Position numbers and translations under genes: made by a program. A DNA stretch of 32,000 nt from Candidatus Saccharimonadota bacterium (GTDB lineage Bacteria > Pseudomonadota > Alphaproteobacteria > Rickettsiales > Anaplasmataceae): the NCBI RefSeq assembly GCF_013365475.1, contig NZ_CP046579.1, forward strand, positions 810,001 through 842,000, in the 5' to 3' direction. Of the stretch, positions 28,029 to 32,000 are shown piece by piece (position 1 is the first letter of the stretch; each line of letters opens with the position of its first letter). The notes under the pieces were generated by a model that saw nothing but the letters and a program-made list of their open reading frames with translations, made no database searches and was not told the DNA's origin.

Positions 28029-29394
28029 GCTTTACAATACTTTAACAAAGAAAAAAGAATTCTTTACACCAATTAACAGAGACCACGTAAAAATGTATGT
28101 TTGTGGTCCAACTGTATATGATATGGCCCACATAGGAAATGCACGTTCTGCTGTTACTTACGATGTGCTATTCCAGTTACTTAAATCTTACTATAGCAAA
28201 GTCACTTATGTACGCAACATAACTGATATTGACGATAAGATAATTAATGCAGCAAGTAAGAAAAATAGCAGCATAGAAAGCATAGCTAAGTATTACACTA
28301 AGGCTTTTCATGAAGACATGAAAAGTCTAAATTGTGTAGAGCCAACACATGAGCCAAAAGCAACAGAAAGTATAGATTGCATCATCAAATTAATTGAACA
28401 TTTGTTGTTATCTGATCATGCCTATGAATCTAATAAATATATATATTTTAGTATTGAATCTTATCCTGAATACGGTATTTTATCAGGAAAAAAAATTAGT
28501 GAATTAAATCATGGTAGCAGAGTTGAAATTGGTAAGAATAAAAAACACCCAGGAGATTTTATACTGTGGAAGCCAGCAAACAATATTGACTATAAGCTTT
28601 CAAGTTACTGGGATAGTCCATGGGGAGAAGGAAGGCCTGGATGGCACATAGAATGCTCGGCAATGTCATATGCATACCTTGGTAAAAATTTCGATATCCA
28701 TGGCGGAGGCATAGATTTGCAATTCCCTCATCATGATAACGAAATTGCACAAAGCAAATCTGTGTTTTCCGAGTCAATATTTGCAAAATACTGGATACAC
28801 AATGGCTTTTTGACAGTAAACGAAGAAAAAATGAGCAAGTCTTTATTTAACATAGTTAAAGTAAGAGATTTGCTCAATAGTGGAATAAAGGGAGAAGTAA
28901 TACGTCACGCACTGTTTAAAACTCATTATAGAAAGCCACTCAATTGGACAAAAGACGTTATTTGTGAATCACAGGAAACTTTAAACAAATTTTATCGTCT
29001 ATTACGGAATGTAGATATAGTAAAACTCGAGAAAAGCGATGCAGATTTCTATAAAGATTTTATAGAAGCTTTGAAAAATGATCTCAATATTCCTGAAGCC
29101 TTGTCTATATTACATGAAATGGCAACAAAAATCAATAAAACAAGTAATGAACACGAAAAGCTAAAATTAATTGAGAGTTTCGTCAAGAGTGCAAGATTTA
29201 TTGGTCTTCTTGAATCAAGCTACCAAGAGTGGTTTACTACTAACATGGATCAACAAGAGATAAAAAGACTGGTAGCTTTAAGAAAAGCAGCAAAACAAAA
29301 TAAAGACTACGATACTGCAGACCAAATAAGAAATCAGCTAAAAAGGATGAAAATCATGGTTTCTGATAACAAAGATGGTACAACAACTTGGTAA
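28021..29394 (+). CDS. cysS: Cysteinyl-tRNA synthetase
   Basis: It has the HIGH region [15 protein letters not shown], the KMSKS loop EEKMSKSL, and the WHIECS zinc/cysteine-binding motif. I prefer ATG 28021 (MVRLYNTL) over the track's TTG at 28015. It overlaps the exoD copy 2 stop by 8 nt. Confidence 0.92.
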   Translation: MVRLYNTLTKKKEFFTPINRDHVKMYVCGPTVYDMAHIGNARSAVTYDVLFQLLKSYYSKVTYVRNITDIDDKIINAASKKNSSIESIAKYYTKAFHEDMKSLNCVEPTHEPKATESIDCIIKLIEHLLLSDHAYESNKYIYFSIESYPEYGILSGKKISELNHGSRVEIGKNKKHPGDFILWKPANNIDYKLSSYWDSPWGEGRPGWHIECSAMSYAYLGKNFDIHGGGIDLQFPHHDNEIAQSKSVFSESIFAKYWIHNGFLTVNEEKMSKSLFNIVKVRDLLNSGIKGEVIRHALFKTHYRKPLNWTKDVICESQETLNKFYRLLRNVDIVKLEKSDADFYKDFIEALKNDLNIPEALSILHEMATKINKTSNEHEKLKLIESFVKSARFIGLLESSYQEWFTTNMDQQEIKRLVALRKAAKQNKDYDTADQIRNQLKRMKIMVSDNKDGTTTW

Positions 29395-29400
29395 GTTTAT

Positions 29401-29814
29401 ATGGAAAATTATCTCCTGCTGTTCACAGATAATCTAGTATCATCATTAATTTTACCTATATATCAGGGTTTTATGTTTTATGCTATGTTGCATTTTAGGC
29501 AGTATTACAACCCAATACTCATGTTGTTTTTTGGAGTATTAGGCTCAAGCATTGGCGGAATAGTGAATTGGTACTTAGGCAGAGCAACAATCTTCATTAG
29601 AAAATTATACCATAGATTAGAGTATGAGTATACACCAAAAATTATAATAAATTTACTGGTTTGTGCAGTAGCATTATTCTCATGGATGTCAGCATTTGGA
29701 AGTGCAATTCAAGTCTTATCAGGTTATTTTAAATTAAATCTCAGTATCTTTACTTTATTAACTATTTTATCTAATTTTTTCTACTTGTTATACCTTACTG
29801 TCACTGTTCAATAA
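29401..29814 (+). CDS. Small polytopic membrane protein, YqaA/DedA (SNARE-associated domain)-like
   Basis: It has four hydrophobic segments. The GVLGSSIGGIVNWYLGR motif resembles the G-x-x-x-G-x-x-x-Y-x-x-GR loop of YqaA/DedA proteins. This is a weak, recollection-based call. Confidence 0.45.
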   Translation: MENYLLLFTDNLVSSLILPIYQGFMFYAMLHFRQYYNPILMLFFGVLGSSIGGIVNWYLGRATIFIRKLYHRLEYEYTPKIIINLLVCAVALFSWMSAFGSAIQVLSGYFKLNLSIFTLLTILSNFFYLLYLTVTVQ

Positions 29815-30915
29815 CTTACTATCAAGCAACTAATCTGATTGATGTTTCTCGTATTCTCTTCCTTTAAACTTTCTTAAACGTTTTAATTAGTTCACATAGA
29901 ATAGTCTATGGCATTTATTTTTTTAAACTAGGCATAAATTATTTCTTTCAAATATTTTCAAACACTTGAAATCAGACAGATTTCTAACCAAAGTAGAACT
30001 GTCACACCAGTTGAAAAGCTCATGTGAACACACTAAATCACTAACTTTAAGAAGCAATCTAATTTTCTAGATAAACAAAACAGTTTATCAAAAAATTGAC
30101 CAACGAATCACCACTTAAAATTCTCATCAACTAACCTGAGAAACTAAATTATCAGAAGCAAATTACACTATTCTCCTTATCAACCTAAGGCAATATTGTA
30201 TAAAAATTGTTCAATCTTTTTTTAGCTTTAGACTTTAAAAATATTCTAGTTTTATTGTTACTCATATAAAATTCACTTACTCTTTGTCTTCTATCAAATC
30301 TAAAAACTGATCATTTTTCTATATGCAGAAAACAATGCAACTTTCTTTAATAATTTCAATTAAATAAACTTATACGAAGAGAATTTAGCATTCTATATAT
30401 CCTTCAATGGCCTATTGTATATTAGCTACATCCTTTCCTCAGCAAACTCTAAATATTGTATAACTTTTTAATTCTAAAGTGCTTTACAAGATATAAAATT
30501 AAGCTTTAATAAATTCTATTTCAAAAAATGTTTATCACATATTACAATTTTCATACCTGCAAAATAATCATCAAGCTCTTATAGCTCTTCAACTATATAT
30601 ACTTGAAGATGCCGCATAATTCATATTAGATTGAAACACACTAACTTATTTTTCTAATGGAAATACAAGAGTAGTTTAATTTCTTATCAAGAAAAAATTA
30701 CACAGATATCTTTGCGAAATTTTATATAATACTTGTGCTTTCCAATGAGGAATGCCACTACCATCAGTACTACTTTACTCCTACCGTCATAATTTAAATC
30801 TAGTATTGAAAGTAAATTCATATGTATTAATGAAGTAGTAATTCCTAATTGGAAAAACAAACTTCGTTATACCAATCATAAAAGAATTAAGTATAAGAAG
30901 TAACTTTAAAAAGTT

Positions 30916-32000
30916 TTAACACGATGTTGACTTTAGTGCAGTGATCCCAGGCATTTCATTGCCACTCAGCCAGCTTAAAAAAGCTCCACCACCAGTTGAA
31001 ACGTACGTAAAGTCTCTATCAGTAAAGCCTACAGCATTCATCGCAGATAGGCTATCCCCTCCTCCTATCACACTAACTAATTTCTTCTGATATGTTAAAT
31101 TACTCACTATTTTCATCACTTCTGCTGTGCCTTTTAAGAAAGCTGAATGCTCAAATGCACCAATAGGACCATTCCATAGCAAAGTTTTACTCCTTGCTAT
31201 TACATTACTTATTGTACTCAAAGTTTGAGGTCCTATATCCAAAATTATATCATCATCTAAAATGGATTCACTTTTTCTTAAAAAGCCAATGCTGTAATCA
31301 GAGTTTATTGCAACTAGAACATCACTAGGTATAATTATTTTACAATTATTTTTATTTGCCGCATTAATAATGCTACATAGAAGATTATCAACATTGCTCT
31401 GAAAAAAAGATTTCCCAACATTTATTCCATTAAACAATAAAAAATTATTAGCAATTGCTCCACTAATAACTAGATAATCAACTCTTTCCGCTAATTTCAG
31501 AAGCATTTTTGTTTTAGTTGACACTTTATCTCCTCCAACTATCGCAGTGACAGGTTTAGTATCAAACAATATGACTCTTTCAAGATACTTTAACTCATTT
31601 TGCAAGCAAAATCCTGCATAAGAAGGCAAGAATTTTGTAATGCATGAAACAGAAGCATGAGACCTATGAGAACAAGAAAATGCATCATTCACATATATAT
31701 CTGCTAGAGATGCCAATTGTTTAGCAAAATTTGAGTCGTTCTTTTCTTCTTCTTTATAAAACCTCAAATTTTCCAGCAATACTACATCTCCTCCATTCAT
31801 TGATCTTACTTCTCTCTGCACTCTCTGACCAATACAGCTATCAATAAACTTAACCTCCTTTTTTAACAACCATGACAATATTCCAACTATATTTCTTAGT
31901 GATAGATTGTTGTCTTCAGTTTTTGGATGTCCAAGGTGTGATATAATAACGATTTTTGCATCCGCATTTGTCAAGTATTGAATAGTAGGTATCGCTCTTA
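30916..32000 (-). CDS. pgk: Phosphoglycerate kinase. The 5' end runs off the right edge of the window.
   Basis: SHLGHPK, FEHSAFLKGT and STGGGAFLSWL motifs are present. Reading upstream of the track's TTG start (31974) in frame gives RAIPTIQYLTNADAKIVIISHLGHPK, the conserved PGK N-domain segment, so the gene continues beyond 32000. Confidence 0.9.
   Translation of the reverse strand, partial: RAIPTIQYLTNADAKIVIISHLGHPKTEDNNLSLRNIVGILSWLLKKEVKFIDSCIGQRVQREVRSMNGGDVVLLENLRFYKEEEKNDSNFAKQLASLADIYVNDAFSCSHRSHASVSCITKFLPSYAGFCLQNELKYLERVILFDTKPVTAIVGGDKVSTKTKMLLKLAERVDYLVISGAIANNFLLFNGINVGKSFFQSNVDNLLCSIINAANKNNCKIIIPSDVLVAINSDYSIGFLRKSESILDDDIILDIGPQTLSTISNVIARSKTLLWNGPIGAFEHSAFLKGTAEVMKIVSNLTYQKKLVSVIGGGDSLSAMNAVGFTDRDFTYVSTGGGAFLSWLSGNEMPGITALKSTSC

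Noticed and set aside
1-32000. CRISPR arrays, transposases/IS elements, prophage genes, rRNA operons, restriction-modification or other defence islands.
   Set aside because: I found no spaced direct-repeat array, no transposase, phage or defence-type ORF, and no rRNA-like conserved sequence on either strand. Gene content is housekeeping throughout.

Overview
This is an AT-rich chromosomal segment, roughly 30% GC by eye, from a reduced alpha-proteobacterial genome. The gene content is rplM-rpsI, pdxJ, lpdA, xerC, a peroxiredoxin-trxB pair, dapE, dapD, ctaA, pccA, gltX, cysS, tatA, pgk, plus bacterial homologues of the mitochondrial NDUFA12 and NDUFAF7/MidA proteins. Together with the low GC and several 0.4-1.2 kb noncoding spacers, this fits Anaplasmataceae, most likely Ehrlichia-like. 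That placement is inference: pgk, pccA and pdxJ argue against Rickettsia, and the GC looks too low for Anaplasma or Neorickettsia.

I can support 27 protein-coding loci. Two run off the window edges and are absent or truncated in the supplied ORF track: a TolC-like gene at 1-978(-) and pgk at 30916-32000(-). Two others are interrupted by single-base frameshifts. There is one tRNA-Arg(CCT). I see no rRNA, CRISPR, transposase or phage genes, and no convincing novel multi-gene system; this is essentially housekeeping core genome.

The points worth a second look are:
- Two conserved genes (pccA and a MidA/NDUFAF7-like methyltransferase) are each broken by a one-nucleotide shortfall in a homopolymer. 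This could be assembly error, early pseudogenisation, or slippage-rescued expression.
- pccA and ctaA carry in-frame extra segments. One in pccA is a GC-rich double inverted repeat reminiscent of palindromic elements that insert into Rickettsiales coding genes.
- A diverged tandem duplication of about 767 bp yields two exoD paralogues and includes their upstream region.
- A one-orientation ATAAG motif cluster sits in a divergent promoter region.
- Long ORF-free spacers are present, one with the base skew of a decayed minus-strand gene.

All product calls come from motif recognition in the translated ORFs. No database search was run.
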